Origin: Desulfobulbaceae bacterium
GTDB lineage: Bacteria > Desulfobacterota > Desulfobulbia > Desulfobulbales > Desulfobulbaceae
Reading direction: 5' to 3'
Assembly (NCBI GenBank): GCA_012744275.1
Contig: JAAYIE010000003.1
Location: 795-64,794 of the forward strand
Length of the DNA stretch: 64,000 nt
In this document: positions 9,172 through 18,829 of the stretch, piece after piece
How the letters are laid out: each line of letters opens with the position of its first letter
Numbering within the stretch: the stretch's first letter is position 1
Made by a program: the position numbers and the translations under genes
Notes under the pieces: model-generated
Told to the model about the DNA's origin: nothing
Seen by the model: only the letters and a program-made list of their open reading frames with translations
The model's database searches: none

Positions 9172-10491
9172 CTAGTTGGCGCTCTTGCGCAGATAAGCGG
9201 GTTCATCCAAATCTTCCCTGTCCCGCTGTTCGTCAAATATAGGTTTCGGCATCCGTGCCAGCCCCGTGGGTAACTGGTTTGGCTGTGCCTGGGCCTCCTT
9301 TCCTGAAGAACGCTCTGCGGCAACCGGTACGCCATCAAAGGAGGTCCTACGGCTGCGCAACCTGGCCAGCGGCGATGGCGGCGGCACGGCTCCCATGCGG
9401 CGGCTGGCGAGCACCGGCTCCATTTCAGCTTCTTCCTTGCTGCTGATACCGGTGGCAATAACCGTCACCCGCATGTCATCACCCATAGATTCGTCGTAGA
9501 GCACACCCACAATCACGGTGGCGTCTTCATGCGCCTTTTCCTGGATCAGGGCGGAGGCTTCCTGGTACTCACTCAGGGTGAGCGACTCCTTGGACGCTGA
9601 TACATTAATCAGAAGCGCTCTGGCACCATCAATACCAATATCTTCCAACAACTGATTATCAATAGCGCGTTTGGCAGCTTCAACCGCGCGGTTCTCACCG
9701 GTAGCCAGGCCAGTGCCCATGATCGCCGGGCCAACCTCGCGCATGACTGTCTTCAGATCTTCGAAATCCACGTTGATGAAACCAGGCAGCTTAATTAAAT
9801 CAGTAATGCCGCGCACTGCCTGCAACAACACCTGGTCCACCTGCAGCAGCATGTCACTCATGGTGGAGTTCTTGTTCATGAGGCTGAGCAGACGGTCATT
9901 GGGCACGGTAATGATAGTATCGGCGTGCTCGCGCAGGCTCTGCCAGCCGGACTCGGCATTGCTCATCCGCTTTTTGCCTTCGAAGTAGAAGGGTTTACTC
10001 ACCACAGCCACTGTGAGAGCACCCACCTCCTTGCAGGCTTTGGCAATGACAGGGACTGCGCCGGTACCGGTGCCGCCACCAAGACCAGCGGTAATGAACA
10101 CCATATGTGCCCCTTCCAGCATGTGTAAAAGTTCATCATAGCTTTCCTGGGCCGCATCCCTGCCCCGGTCTGGATCTGCACCAGCTCCCATACCCCTGGT
10201 AATGCCCGCGCCAAGTTGGACCAGCTTTGGTGCACGCGACATGGACAGGGCCTGCATATCGGTATTGGCGGCAATAAATTCCACACCGGTCAGTTTACTG
10301 TCCACCATGGTGTTGATGGCATTGCCGCCGCCGCCGCCAACGCCGATCACCTTGATGATGATATCACCCCCCTGCTCCTCCGCCATCCTGTACCCAGCTG
10401 TTTTTTCCATGGATGCGCCATCACTGTATGGATTATCGATGTCCTGCCCGGTTGTATCAACAACAGATTGCACTTTTTGTGTATTGGTCAT
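9172..10491 (-). CDS. ftsZ: Cell division GTPase FtsZ
   Basis: Tubulin signature GGGTGTGA, IKVIGVGGGGGNAIN, and a conserved C-terminal peptide (DLDEPAYLRK). GAGGTG Shine-Dalgarno sequence upstream. Confidence 0.97.
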   Translation of the reverse strand: MTNTQKVQSVVDTTGQDIDNPYSDGASMEKTAGYRMAEEQGGDIIIKVIGVGGGGGNAINTMVDSKLTGVEFIAANTDMQALSMSRAPKLVQLGAGITRGMGAGADPDRGRDAAQESYDELLHMLEGAHMVFITAGLGGGTGTGAVPVIAKACKEVGALTVAVVSKPFYFEGKKRMSNAESGWQSLREHADTIITVPNDRLLSLMNKNSTMSDMLLQVDQVLLQAVRGITDLIKLPGFINVDFEDLKTVMREVGPAIMGTGLATGENRAVEAAKRAIDNQLLEDIGIDGARALLINVSASKESLTLSEYQEASALIQEKAHEDATVIVGVLYDESMGDDMRVTVIATGISSKEEAEMEPVLASRRMGAVPPPSPLARLRSRRTSFDGVPVAAERSSGKEAQAQPNQLPTGLARMPKPIFDEQRDREDLDEPAYLRKSAN

Positions 10492-10572
10492 ATTTCACCT
10501 CGCTACCATTGAGGGGTTCGCTTACGCTCTATTTTTCTTTGTTCAACACCCACACCCCATAACTGCTCTCAA

Positions 10573-11853
10573 TCAGACAATGCCCTGCAACCACTGTTTC
10601 AACTTACTGATAAGACCACCCTGCTCCTTGGCGACAAAAGCACGGGAATGGCTGCCGAACAAAACCAGCCCGACTGCCGTGGTAGTGCGCGGGGTATTAA
10701 TCTGTTCGAGTAAGCCACCCACATTGCGCGGATAGCCAATGCGCACAGGCATATCAAACACCTGCTCGGCCAGTTCAACCACGTTGGGCAGAAGCGCAGT
10801 GCCGCCGGTCAGCACCAGGCCCGCATTGATGCGGTTGCGGCTGCCGGAAGAAGAAATGTTCTTGTCGACCAGTTGAAAAATTTCCTCCATACGCGCCTCA
10901 AGAATACCCACCAGAGTTTTCTGGGAGACCTTCCTGTTTTTCCGCTCGCCCACGGTTGGCACATCGATCATCTGGTTTTCCTTTATCATCGAGGAAAGCG
11001 CGCCGCCGTACAGATACTTTAACTCCTCGGCCTCCTGCAGAGGTGTCCGCAGACCAACAGAAAGGTCACTGGTCAGGTTATTGCCGCCCAGAGCCAACTC
11101 CCAGGAATGCTTGATGGTACCGTTGCTAAAAATAGCGAGATCCGTGGTACCGCCGCCGATATCAATCAGGCCCACGCCCTGGTCTTTTTCCTCCATGCTG
11201 AGTACTGCCTCAGCAGCAGCCACCGACTCCAGCACCACCTCGGTCGCATTCAGACCAGCCTGGTTGCAACAGGCCACCAGATTATGCAGGGCGGTCATGT
11301 CGGCAGTAACGATGTGTACATTGGTCACCAGACGCACCCCGGTCATGCCCAAGGGGCTTTGGATACCGGTGTGATCGTCAACCATAAACTCTTGTGGCAG
11401 CACATGGATAATGCGCTGATTGTCCGAAATCTTAACCGTTTGCGCTGCCTGAATGACCTCATCAATATCCTTCTGTCGAACTTCCGGATTCTTGATGGCA
11501 ATAATGCCGGGTGAATTAAAACCCTTGATATGGCTACCGGCAATGCCCACAAAAACACGATTGATATCGCAACCGGCCATATCCGAGGCTTTTTTCACCG
11601 CAGCCTTGATTGCTTCCACCGTAGACTGGATATTGACAACCACGCCCTTGCGCATACCGGAAGAAGGGCTCGTTCCTACCCCGATAATGTCAACCCTGTC
11701 AGAAAAAACTTCGCCGATCATGGCGCAAATCTTGGTGGAGCCGACATCCAGGCCAGCCACCAGGAGGCCGGGTTCGCGCTCATCGATCTGCACGCGTTCT
11801 TCCAGTTCTTCCTCAGTAGACTGTTCCCGTTCTGTCATCCATGATTTAATCAT
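10573..11853 (-). CDS. ftsA: Cell division protein FtsA
   Basis: 426 aa, actin-like ATPase (VAGLDVGSTKICAMIGEV..., DIGGGTTDLAIF), located immediately upstream of ftsZ. Confidence 0.95.
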   Translation of the reverse strand: MIKSWMTEREQSTEEELEERVQIDEREPGLLVAGLDVGSTKICAMIGEVFSDRVDIIGVGTSPSSGMRKGVVVNIQSTVEAIKAAVKKASDMAGCDINRVFVGIAGSHIKGFNSPGIIAIKNPEVRQKDIDEVIQAAQTVKISDNQRIIHVLPQEFMVDDHTGIQSPLGMTGVRLVTNVHIVTADMTALHNLVACCNQAGLNATEVVLESVAAAEAVLSMEEKDQGVGLIDIGGGTTDLAIFSNGTIKHSWELALGGNNLTSDLSVGLRTPLQEAEELKYLYGGALSSMIKENQMIDVPTVGERKNRKVSQKTLVGILEARMEEIFQLVDKNISSSGSRNRINAGLVLTGGTALLPNVVELAEQVFDMPVRIGYPRNVGGLLEQINTPRTTTAVGLVLFGSHSRAFVAKEQGGLISKLKQWLQGIV

Positions 11854-11933
11854 TACAGATCCCGTCCGTCACGTTCTTGTTCTGTCAGCCAGTTCATCCA
11901 GCCCGGCCGGCCAGCCATCTAGAAATCTCACAT

Positions 11934-12878
11934 TCAATGCTGCACAAAACGACATAACATTTTATTTGAATTATCTCCATAGACCATTTCAAGGGCAGTT
12001 ACCTGACTGATTTCTCCGCTGTCATATAACTTCTTGAGTATTTGCAATAAATCATTGAATTTACTCTGCAATCTGCCTTCTCTGAAATAAATCGGAAAAG
12101 GATGGTCAACCAGGTACAGCGCCAGCCCCTTATCTTTTGTAATCCGTACCTCCGAGACCGACTGGAGTGGCAAAAGAGCATTGCCACGGGCAGCAAAATG
12201 CAACAGCTGCAAGGCGCCCGCGGCCTTGCTCCCCGGAGCCAGGCGACCATCCGCAATTTCTTCAGCTTGAACACCATTAATCACCGGCAAATCCAGTGTC
12301 CCGCCTCCCTGCACGTCGGCAATTACGTGGCCGCTATAATCCAGATAACGTAAACGATGCTCAGTTTCGTCCGCCTGATTGATCAGGGCAAACGGCGCAA
12401 ACTCACGCAATTCCACCAAAACACCCGAAGGCCATTGTTTTTTAATGCGTACCTCGTCCACCCAGGGGTGAGCGGTGATCTTTTTTTCCGCCACACTGCT
12501 GTTGAAGGTAAGGAGATTGATGCCCTGTCGCAGCCCGGTCAACTCCAGCACCTGACGCTCGGTGATGGTTCGTGCACCCGACAGGCGCAAATCGGTGACA
12601 CGAAAAATATTCATCCGATCCAGGAATTGGAAAACACCCCAACCCAAAATACATACCGCAAGGAGTGCCAAGGGTAACAGAGCCTTGGCTGGTGAAAATT
12701 TTCTTTGTTTCGTCGGCCCTGGCTGCGCCACCCCGACAAGTCCGATGGGGGGCTGAACTCTTCCAGCACGCTTGCGCCCCAGTACAGAGCGCAACCTAGT
12801 CAGCAGTTTCGACCAGAACCTCTCCCTGTTACGGCGCTTGGCCCTGGATGGTGCGTATCTTTTCGGGCTGTAGACCAC
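11934..12878 (-). CDS. ftsQ: Cell division protein FtsQ (POTRA domain)
   Basis: Basic N-terminus, one TM helix (LLPLALLAVCILGWGVFQF) and a POTRA-like 'FRVTDLRLSGARTITERQVLELTGL'. Positioned between murB and ftsA. GTG start, exact start uncertain. Confidence 0.8.
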   Translation of the reverse strand: MVYSPKRYAPSRAKRRNRERFWSKLLTRLRSVLGRKRAGRVQPPIGLVGVAQPGPTKQRKFSPAKALLPLALLAVCILGWGVFQFLDRMNIFRVTDLRLSGARTITERQVLELTGLRQGINLLTFNSSVAEKKITAHPWVDEVRIKKQWPSGVLVELREFAPFALINQADETEHRLRYLDYSGHVIADVQGGGTLDLPVINGVQAEEIADGRLAPGSKAAGALQLLHFAARGNALLPLQSVSEVRITKDKGLALYLVDHPFPIYFREGRLQSKFNDLLQILKKLYDSGEISQVTALEMVYGDNSNKMLCRFVQH

Positions 12879-12901
12879 GGCGGCATCACTCCATCAAAAC
12901 T

Positions 12902-13828
12902 TCAATAGATCCGTACTTCCGGTTCCAACATAATACCGGAGCATGCATGGACACGCTCTTGGATATAACGTTTGAGCGCAAGAATTTCTTCCGGGCTTGC
13001 CCTCCCCTTGTTCACTATAAAATTACCATGCTTTGCTGAAACCATGGCTTGGCCAAGGGTATATCCCTTAAGTCCGGCCTGTTCAATCAGACGACCGGCA
13101 TAGTCTCCCGGTGGATTTTTAAAAAACGAGCCGGCGCTGGCTACCCCACCAGGCTGCTTCGCCTTTCTCTGGGCAATGATCTCACGCATGCGCTGCCCAA
13201 TACTTTCAGCTGAAGTTGGCCACATGGCAAAAACCGTACGGGTGATTATAAATGCAGCCGTACATTGCGGGGGAAAGATGGCTGTACGGTACTGGAACAC
13301 AATGTCTGTGGCCGGCACTGTAACAAACCGGCCTGCAGCATTCAGACAATGCACCATAACCAGCCGATCACTCACGGTGCCGCCAAAGGCTCCGGCATTC
13401 ATGGCCACAGCCCCGCCCACCGTACCGGGAATACCCGCCATAAACTCCAAACCACCAAGTCTTCTTCGCAAACACCAGGCCAGGAGAAGCGCCACGCTTA
13501 CCCCGGCTCCGACCTCCACCAGGTGTTCGTCTGGTCTTTCCGGAGATTGCCGATGAGTGATATCCTTCAACCCACCCTTGAGGCGAATAAAAACACCTCG
13601 GTGCAGACCGCTGGTGAATAAAATATTCGAGCCACCGCCTAAAATCTGCCAACATAGCTTTTCCTGCTCCAGCCAGTGCAGCAGTTGCGGCAGAATGGCG
13701 CAGTCCGTCACCTCCACCATCGCTTCTACCGCACCTCCAGCGCGCAGCGACGAATAAGCGGCCATATTGGCCCGCCACTGCACCGAGGGGCAGAGGAGCT
13801 CAAGTTTCTTTTGCTGCGCTCTGTCCAT
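12902..13828 (-). CDS. murB: UDP-N-acetylenolpyruvoylglucosamine reductase
   Basis: 308 aa with an FAD-binding PCMH pattern (ILGGGSNILF) and a C-terminal 'GSFFKNPPGDYAGRLIEQAGLKG'. Confidence 0.9.
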   Translation of the reverse strand: MDRAQQKKLELLCPSVQWRANMAAYSSLRAGGAVEAMVEVTDCAILPQLLHWLEQEKLCWQILGGGSNILFTSGLHRGVFIRLKGGLKDITHRQSPERPDEHLVEVGAGVSVALLLAWCLRRRLGGLEFMAGIPGTVGGAVAMNAGAFGGTVSDRLVMVHCLNAAGRFVTVPATDIVFQYRTAIFPPQCTAAFIITRTVFAMWPTSAESIGQRMREIIAQRKAKQPGGVASAGSFFKNPPGDYAGRLIEQAGLKGYTLGQAMVSAKHGNFIVNKGRASPEEILALKRYIQERVHACSGIMLEPEVRIY

Positions 13829-15221
13829 TGGGGTGTTCCGGCTTCAAATCCGCCAGCAGGTACAATAAATCCTCGGCTAAACGACCGACACTGCCGGCCC
13901 CGAGGGTGAGCACCAGATCTCCGGGTTCCAGCAGGGGCAAGAGCGCAGCTGGGTCCTGAATCAGACCAGGCAGATGATAGGTCTGCCGCTGACCATGCTG
14001 CTTGATCGCCTCCTGCAGGATGGCGCTGGACACATCGGCCCTGGGCGCCTCGCCCGCGGCATAGATATCGCAAAGCACGAGCAGATCTGAGCGTCTGAAA
14101 GCAGTGAGGAAGCTGTCGAACAACCCTGCGGTACGGCTGTAGCGGTGCGGCTGAAACACTGTCACCACCCGACGCTCGGGCCAGCCTTCCCGGATAGCCT
14201 CCAGGGTGGCTCGTATTTCCCTGGGGTGGTGACCATAATCATCGACCAGCAAAATGCCGCCTGCCTCCCCTTTGACCTGCAGCCGCCGCTGCACACCCTG
14301 GAAATTTTCCAAGGCACGGGCAATAACAGCAAAATCAATATCCAATTCCAGGGCCACACCTACAGCAGCCAGACTGTTGTACACTAGATGGCGGCCCGGC
14401 CGGTTCAGGCTGATTGTCCCTAGTTCCTGCTCCCGGTAGTGCACGGTAAAGACATTGCGGCCACCCTCACGCCGCAGCTTAACCGCCTGCAAATCGGCCT
14501 GCTCGGTGAGACCGTACGTCAGCACCCGCTTGCGGATGTGCGGCAGCAACTGGGCAACATGATCGTCGTCCAGGCAGAGCACAGCCACCCCATAAAAAGG
14601 CAACCGGTTGACAAACTCCAGAAACACCGACTTCACATGCTCGATATCCCGGTAGTAGTCCAAGTGCTCCAGATCAATATTGGTGACCACCTCGATTACG
14701 GGCGAAAGCTTTAAAAAGGAGCCATCGCTCTCGTCCGCTTCGGCCACCAAAAATTCGCCGCTGCCCAGGTGGGCGTTGCTGCCCAGACTGTGCACCTTGC
14801 CACCGACCACGACGGTTGGATCCAGCCCGGCCTCTGCTAGTACCGTCGCCACCATGGAGGTAGTCGAGGTTTTGCCATGGCTGCCGGCCACAGCAATGCC
14901 GTATTTTTTGAGCCGCATCAATTCGGCCAGCATCTCAGCCCGCTGGACAATGGGGATCTTGGCATCTGTGGCAGCTAACACCTCCGGATTCGTGGTCTGA
15001 ACCGCGCTGGACACCACCACCACATCCGCACCTTCGATCCAGCGGGCATCATGACCGATGTGCACCGTGCCACCCAATTCCTCCAAGCGACGGGTTAAAT
15101 CGCTTTCCCGCAAATCAGAGCCGCTCACCTTATACTTCAAATTCAAAAGGAGTTCGGCAATACCGGACATACCTATGCCGCCAATCCCTACAAAATGAAT
15201 ATGCTGGGTCTGCCTGTACAT
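13800..15221 (-). CDS. murC: UDP-N-acetylmuramate--L-alanine ligase
   Basis: HFVGIGGIGMSGIAELLLNLKYKVSGSD and the Mur ligase P-loop GSHGKTSTTSM. Start trimmed to the ATG at 15221 (MYRQTQHIHF...). Confidence 0.93.
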   Translation of the reverse strand: MYRQTQHIHFVGIGGIGMSGIAELLLNLKYKVSGSDLRESDLTRRLEELGGTVHIGHDARWIEGADVVVVSSAVQTTNPEVLAATDAKIPIVQRAEMLAELMRLKKYGIAVAGSHGKTSTTSMVATVLAEAGLDPTVVVGGKVHSLGSNAHLGSGEFLVAEADESDGSFLKLSPVIEVVTNIDLEHLDYYRDIEHVKSVFLEFVNRLPFYGVAVLCLDDDHVAQLLPHIRKRVLTYGLTEQADLQAVKLRREGGRNVFTVHYREQELGTISLNRPGRHLVYNSLAAVGVALELDIDFAVIARALENFQGVQRRLQVKGEAGGILLVDDYGHHPREIRATLEAIREGWPERRVVTVFQPHRYSRTAGLFDSFLTAFRRSDLLVLCDIYAAGEAPRADVSSAILQEAIKQHGQRQTYHLPGLIQDPAALLPLLEPGDLVLTLGAGSVGRLAEDLLYLLADLKPEHPNGQSAAKET

Positions 15222-15231
15222 TGTCACAGTC

Positions 15232-16332
15232 TCAAGGTTCGGCCCGGTCCTTCCCGGCCACAAGTACAAAACATTCATCAACCAGACGCTCTGCAGCGTC
15301 GGGCTGGCCAAGAGCGCGCATGGCCTCGGCCATGCGATGGCGCTGCTCATCTTCCAGAAGCGTCTGTATCTGCGCAGCCAGTATTTCCGGAGTCAAATCT
15401 TTTTCTCTGTACATTACTGCCCCGCCACCCTGGACATAGTATTCGGCATTACTGGCCTGATGATCATCCGCAGCAAAGGGATAAGGCACCAAAATGGCTG
15501 GTAGGCCCATGACCGCAAGTTCAGCCAGGCTGGTGGCACCGGCCCGCGATACAACCAAATCTGCCGAAGCGTAGGCTGCAGCCATGTCTTCGATAAAGGG
15601 CTTCACCTCCGCCTGAACACCGGTCTTCCTGTAGGCATCCTGCACCATGGCAGCATCGGCGCTGCCGGTCTGATGCTGCAGCTGCAGCCGCAGCCCCCTA
15701 TTGTGCAAAATTCCCATTACCGCCACCATGCGCTCGTTGAGTGCATGCGCCCCCTGGCTCCCCCCAAGCACCAAAAGAGAAGGTATGTTGCCGGCCTGTC
15801 CCCCCCGGCTCTTTTGTTGCGATGCCGCCACGATCTCCGCTCGCACCGGATTACCAGTGCGGACTGTTTTGTGTGGAGGAAAGGCAGGTTGGCAAGGTAT
15901 GGAAATGCAGATTTTATCTACCAGGCGACCGGCAAGACGGTTGGCCAAACCTGGCACCGAATTCTGCTCATGGATCGCCGTAGGAATACCCATTAATTTT
16001 GCTGCCAGCAAGACTGGCCCCGTAACATAGCCGCCCACCCCAAAGACCAGTGCAGGCTTGAACCGTCGCAGCATTTGCCGGGCCTGCCAGATGGCCGCTG
16101 GCTGCGAAAGCAGACTGCGTATCTGTGCACCCAAACCTAACCCCTTGACCCCGCTGCTGCTGAGAGTGGCCAGTTGAAAGCCACGATTGCGCAAAGCTTG
16201 CTGATCCAAGAGCCGGGGCGTACCGATGAAAAGGATTTCACTGCCAGAATGCCGCTCCTGCAGGGCGCAGGCCAAAGCAATGCCGGGAAAAAGATGGCCG
16301 CCGGTGCCACCACCGGTAATCACCGCGCGCAT
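15232..16332 (-). CDS. murG: Undecaprenyldiphospho-muramoylpentapeptide beta-N-acetylglucosaminyltransferase
   Basis: MRAVITGGGTGGHLFPGIALA N-terminus, 366 aa, GT28 pattern. Confidence 0.93.
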   Translation of the reverse strand: MRAVITGGGTGGHLFPGIALACALQERHSGSEILFIGTPRLLDQQALRNRGFQLATLSSSGVKGLGLGAQIRSLLSQPAAIWQARQMLRRFKPALVFGVGGYVTGPVLLAAKLMGIPTAIHEQNSVPGLANRLAGRLVDKICISIPCQPAFPPHKTVRTGNPVRAEIVAASQQKSRGGQAGNIPSLLVLGGSQGAHALNERMVAVMGILHNRGLRLQLQHQTGSADAAMVQDAYRKTGVQAEVKPFIEDMAAAYASADLVVSRAGATSLAELAVMGLPAILVPYPFAADDHQASNAEYYVQGGGAVMYREKDLTPEILAAQIQTLLEDEQRHRMAEAMRALGQPDAAERLVDECFVLVAGKDRAEP

Positions 16333-17702
16333 GACCGCACCCCTACCAAAGCCTGTTTCGCACCACTGGCCTGCAGGGCTAGTACTGCCTGAGCGAAAAC
16401 CGCACCGCGTTCGGCATAGCCGCTGAACGAATCAAAACTCGAACAACCCGGAGCCAGGAGAACCGTATCACCAGGACGCGCTGCCACGCTGGCTGCCTGA
16501 ACAGCCTGAGCCATATCGCTGGCGTACTCTGTTGCCACCAGGTGGCCCAACGCCTTCTCCATCAACGGTGCAGCTTCACCGATGAGTACAAGCTGCCGTA
16601 CCTTCTGGGCAACAATGTCTTGCAAAAGGGCATAATCGCCACCCTTGTCACGTCCACCGGCAATGAGAACCACCGGACAACTGCACCCGGACAGTGCCGC
16701 TGCAAGCGCACCGATATTGGTAGCCTTGGAATCATTAATGTAGGTCACGCCGTTAATCGTCGCCACCTCGGCCATACGGTGGGGTGGCGGTTGAAAACTT
16801 GCTAGTCCCTGTGCAATTGCTTCGTTGCCGCAACCGACCAATTTGGCCGCCAGGATTGAGGCTGCAGCGTTGAGCCGGTTGACTGAAGACGACAGCCTGG
16901 TGTCCGCCAGGGTAAAAAAATGCTCTTCAGCCGACAGGTGCAGGCGCACACCTTCTTTTTCAATCCGACAGGCATGCTCTTCACCAAAACCAAAACAGAA
17001 ACGAACAACCCCTGTATTCAACAGCACAGCATTCACCAAATGGTCATCGCATCCGAGGATGGCAACATCTGCCTCCTGCTGCTGTGCAAACAGACGTTTT
17101 TTGCTATTGGCGTAGGCCTCCAGCGATCCATGCCTGTCCAGGTGATCAGGAGTGATGTTGAGCAGCACTCCCACCTCTGGGCGGAAAGTGCCGGCTAAAT
17201 CGAGTTGAAAGCTGGAGAGTTCGAGTACCACGCAGTCATAGCCTGCCGGATCAAGGCAGTACTCAAGCAGTGGCGTACCGATATTACCGCCGACAAAGGG
17301 CCTTTTTCCAGCAGCCTTGAGCAGGTGGCCGATCAGGCCAGTCACCGTAGTTTTACCGTTTGAGCCACTCACCGCAATCACCGGGACAGCAAAACGGCCG
17401 GCCGCGAGGGCCAGCTCCCCCGCCAAGGGAATCTGCCGCTTGCGCGCCTCCGTCACCAAAGGGCTTTGCAGAGGCACCCCGGGCGCAGGCACCAAGAGAT
17501 CAAGGCCATCAAGAAAAGCAGTGCTGTGTGTACCGAATTCGCTGTAGACGCCCTCTGCGTCCAAAAATTCAAGAAAATCTGGCTGCTCCTGCTCCACCTG
17601 CTCCCTCGCTCTCTGGTCACAGACCTTAAGGCGCAATCCCTCTTGCAACAGGAAACGAACAGTGGCTCGGCCAGCCACTCCCAAACCAACAACACCGGCC
17701 AT
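16320..17702 (-). CDS. murD: UDP-N-acetylmuramoylalanine--D-glutamate ligase
   Basis: MAGVVGLGVAGRATVRFL and P-loop GSNGKTTVTGL. Start trimmed to the ATG at 17702. The 3' end overlaps the murG start by 13 nt, so no gene lies between them. Confidence 0.9.
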   Translation of the reverse strand: MAGVVGLGVAGRATVRFLLQEGLRLKVCDQRAREQVEQEQPDFLEFLDAEGVYSEFGTHSTAFLDGLDLLVPAPGVPLQSPLVTEARKRQIPLAGELALAAGRFAVPVIAVSGSNGKTTVTGLIGHLLKAAGKRPFVGGNIGTPLLEYCLDPAGYDCVVLELSSFQLDLAGTFRPEVGVLLNITPDHLDRHGSLEAYANSKKRLFAQQQEADVAILGCDDHLVNAVLLNTGVVRFCFGFGEEHACRIEKEGVRLHLSAEEHFFTLADTRLSSSVNRLNAAASILAAKLVGCGNEAIAQGLASFQPPPHRMAEVATINGVTYINDSKATNIGALAAALSGCSCPVVLIAGGRDKGGDYALLQDIVAQKVRQLVLIGEAAPLMEKALGHLVATEYASDMAQAVQAASVAARPGDTVLLAPGCSSFDSFSGYAERGAVFAQAVLALQASGAKQALVGVRSCAR

Positions 17703-17749
17703 AGTTCCAGGTTCAAGCGGCAGTGTGTTACCCAAATTCAAGTCCACAG

Positions 17750-18829
17750 CTACCTCAACTTCAGTGTGGCCAGGGCGATCAGGCCCAAAATAATAGAAAC
17801 TATCCAAAAACGGATCACCACCTTGGATTCGGGCCATCCTTTTTTCTCGAAATGATGATGAAAGGGCGCCATGAGAAAAATGCGTTTACCACCACTCATC
17901 TTGAAATAGCCGACCTGCAAGATTACGGACAGGGCCTCCATCACAAAAAGGCCACCAACAATGACCAGCAGGAACTCCTGTTTGGTGATGGTGGCAATTG
18001 CACCCAGAGTGGCTCCCAAAGATAGCGAGCCCACATCACCCATAAAAATCTGCGCAGGGTAGCAGTTGAACCAAAGAAAACCCAGGCAAGCTCCGACCAT
18101 GGCGCCACAGAAAATCGTCACTTCACCGGCACCCTGAACGAATGGTATCTGCAGATAGCTGGCTACCACTGCGTTGCCCGCCACGTAAGAGAAAATCAGG
18201 TAGGTGGAGGCGGTAATCACTATCGGTCCAGTGGCCAGACCGTCGAGCCCATCGGTCAGATTGACCGCATTGGAGGCCCCTACAATCACCAAAACCGCAA
18301 AGGGCAGATACCACCAACTCAGATTTGGTTGAATGCCCTTAAAAAAGGGCAAACTGAGTACTCCATCATAGTTCAGGTGCGCCAGAAGGATATAGGCGGC
18401 CACCACTGCCCCCAGCACCTGCAGTACTAATTTTTCCTTGGGCAACAGACCGCGGGCATTGCCTTTGCGGATTTTTTTCCAATCATCTGCCGCGCCAATG
18501 GCCCCGTAGAACACACTGATACCGATGAGCAACCAGACCAGACCGCTGAGCAAATTGCACCACAGCAGAGCAGATATGATCATGGCGCCTAAAATAAGCA
18601 CCCCGCCCATGGTGGGCACACCGCGCTTGCTGAAATGAGTTTCAGGGCCGTCATCGCGCACCACCTGACCGATCTGTTTGCGCTTGAGCCAGGCAATGAA
18701 ACCGGGTCCGACTATCATCACCAGAAGGAAGGCGGTGACTGCGCTACCGATCGACCGAAAGGTGATATAGCGAAAAACGTTGAGCCAGCTGTATTCGGTG
18801 TGGAAAGCGTAAAGCAGATTATACAGCAT
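17750..18829 (-). CDS. mraY: Phospho-N-acetylmuramoyl-pentapeptide transferase
   Basis: Polytopic membrane protein with MraY motifs (NAVNLTDGLDGLA, MGDVGSLSLGA, APFHHHFE). The ATG at 18829 overlaps the murE::murF stop. Confidence 0.95.
   Translation of the reverse strand: MLYNLLYAFHTEYSWLNVFRYITFRSIGSAVTAFLLVMIVGPGFIAWLKRKQIGQVVRDDGPETHFSKRGVPTMGGVLILGAMIISALLWCNLLSGLVWLLIGISVFYGAIGAADDWKKIRKGNARGLLPKEKLVLQVLGAVVAAYILLAHLNYDGVLSLPFFKGIQPNLSWWYLPFAVLVIVGASNAVNLTDGLDGLATGPIVITASTYLIFSYVAGNAVVASYLQIPFVQGAGEVTIFCGAMVGACLGFLWFNCYPAQIFMGDVGSLSLGATLGAIATITKQEFLLVIVGGLFVMEALSVILQVGYFKMSGGKRIFLMAPFHHHFEKKGWPESKVVIRFWIVSIILGLIALATLKLR

Noticed and set aside
13800-17837. Long N-terminal extensions in the ORF track for murC (to 15350), murD (to 17837), ruvA (to 27676), serS (from 1864), recN (to 37826), mraY (to 18868) and gspD (to 43310).
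   Set aside because: The extensions overlap upstream genes and precede the conserved N-terminal motifs of each family. Internal ATG or GTG codons with Shine-Dalgarno sequences, or stop-start overlaps, fit better.
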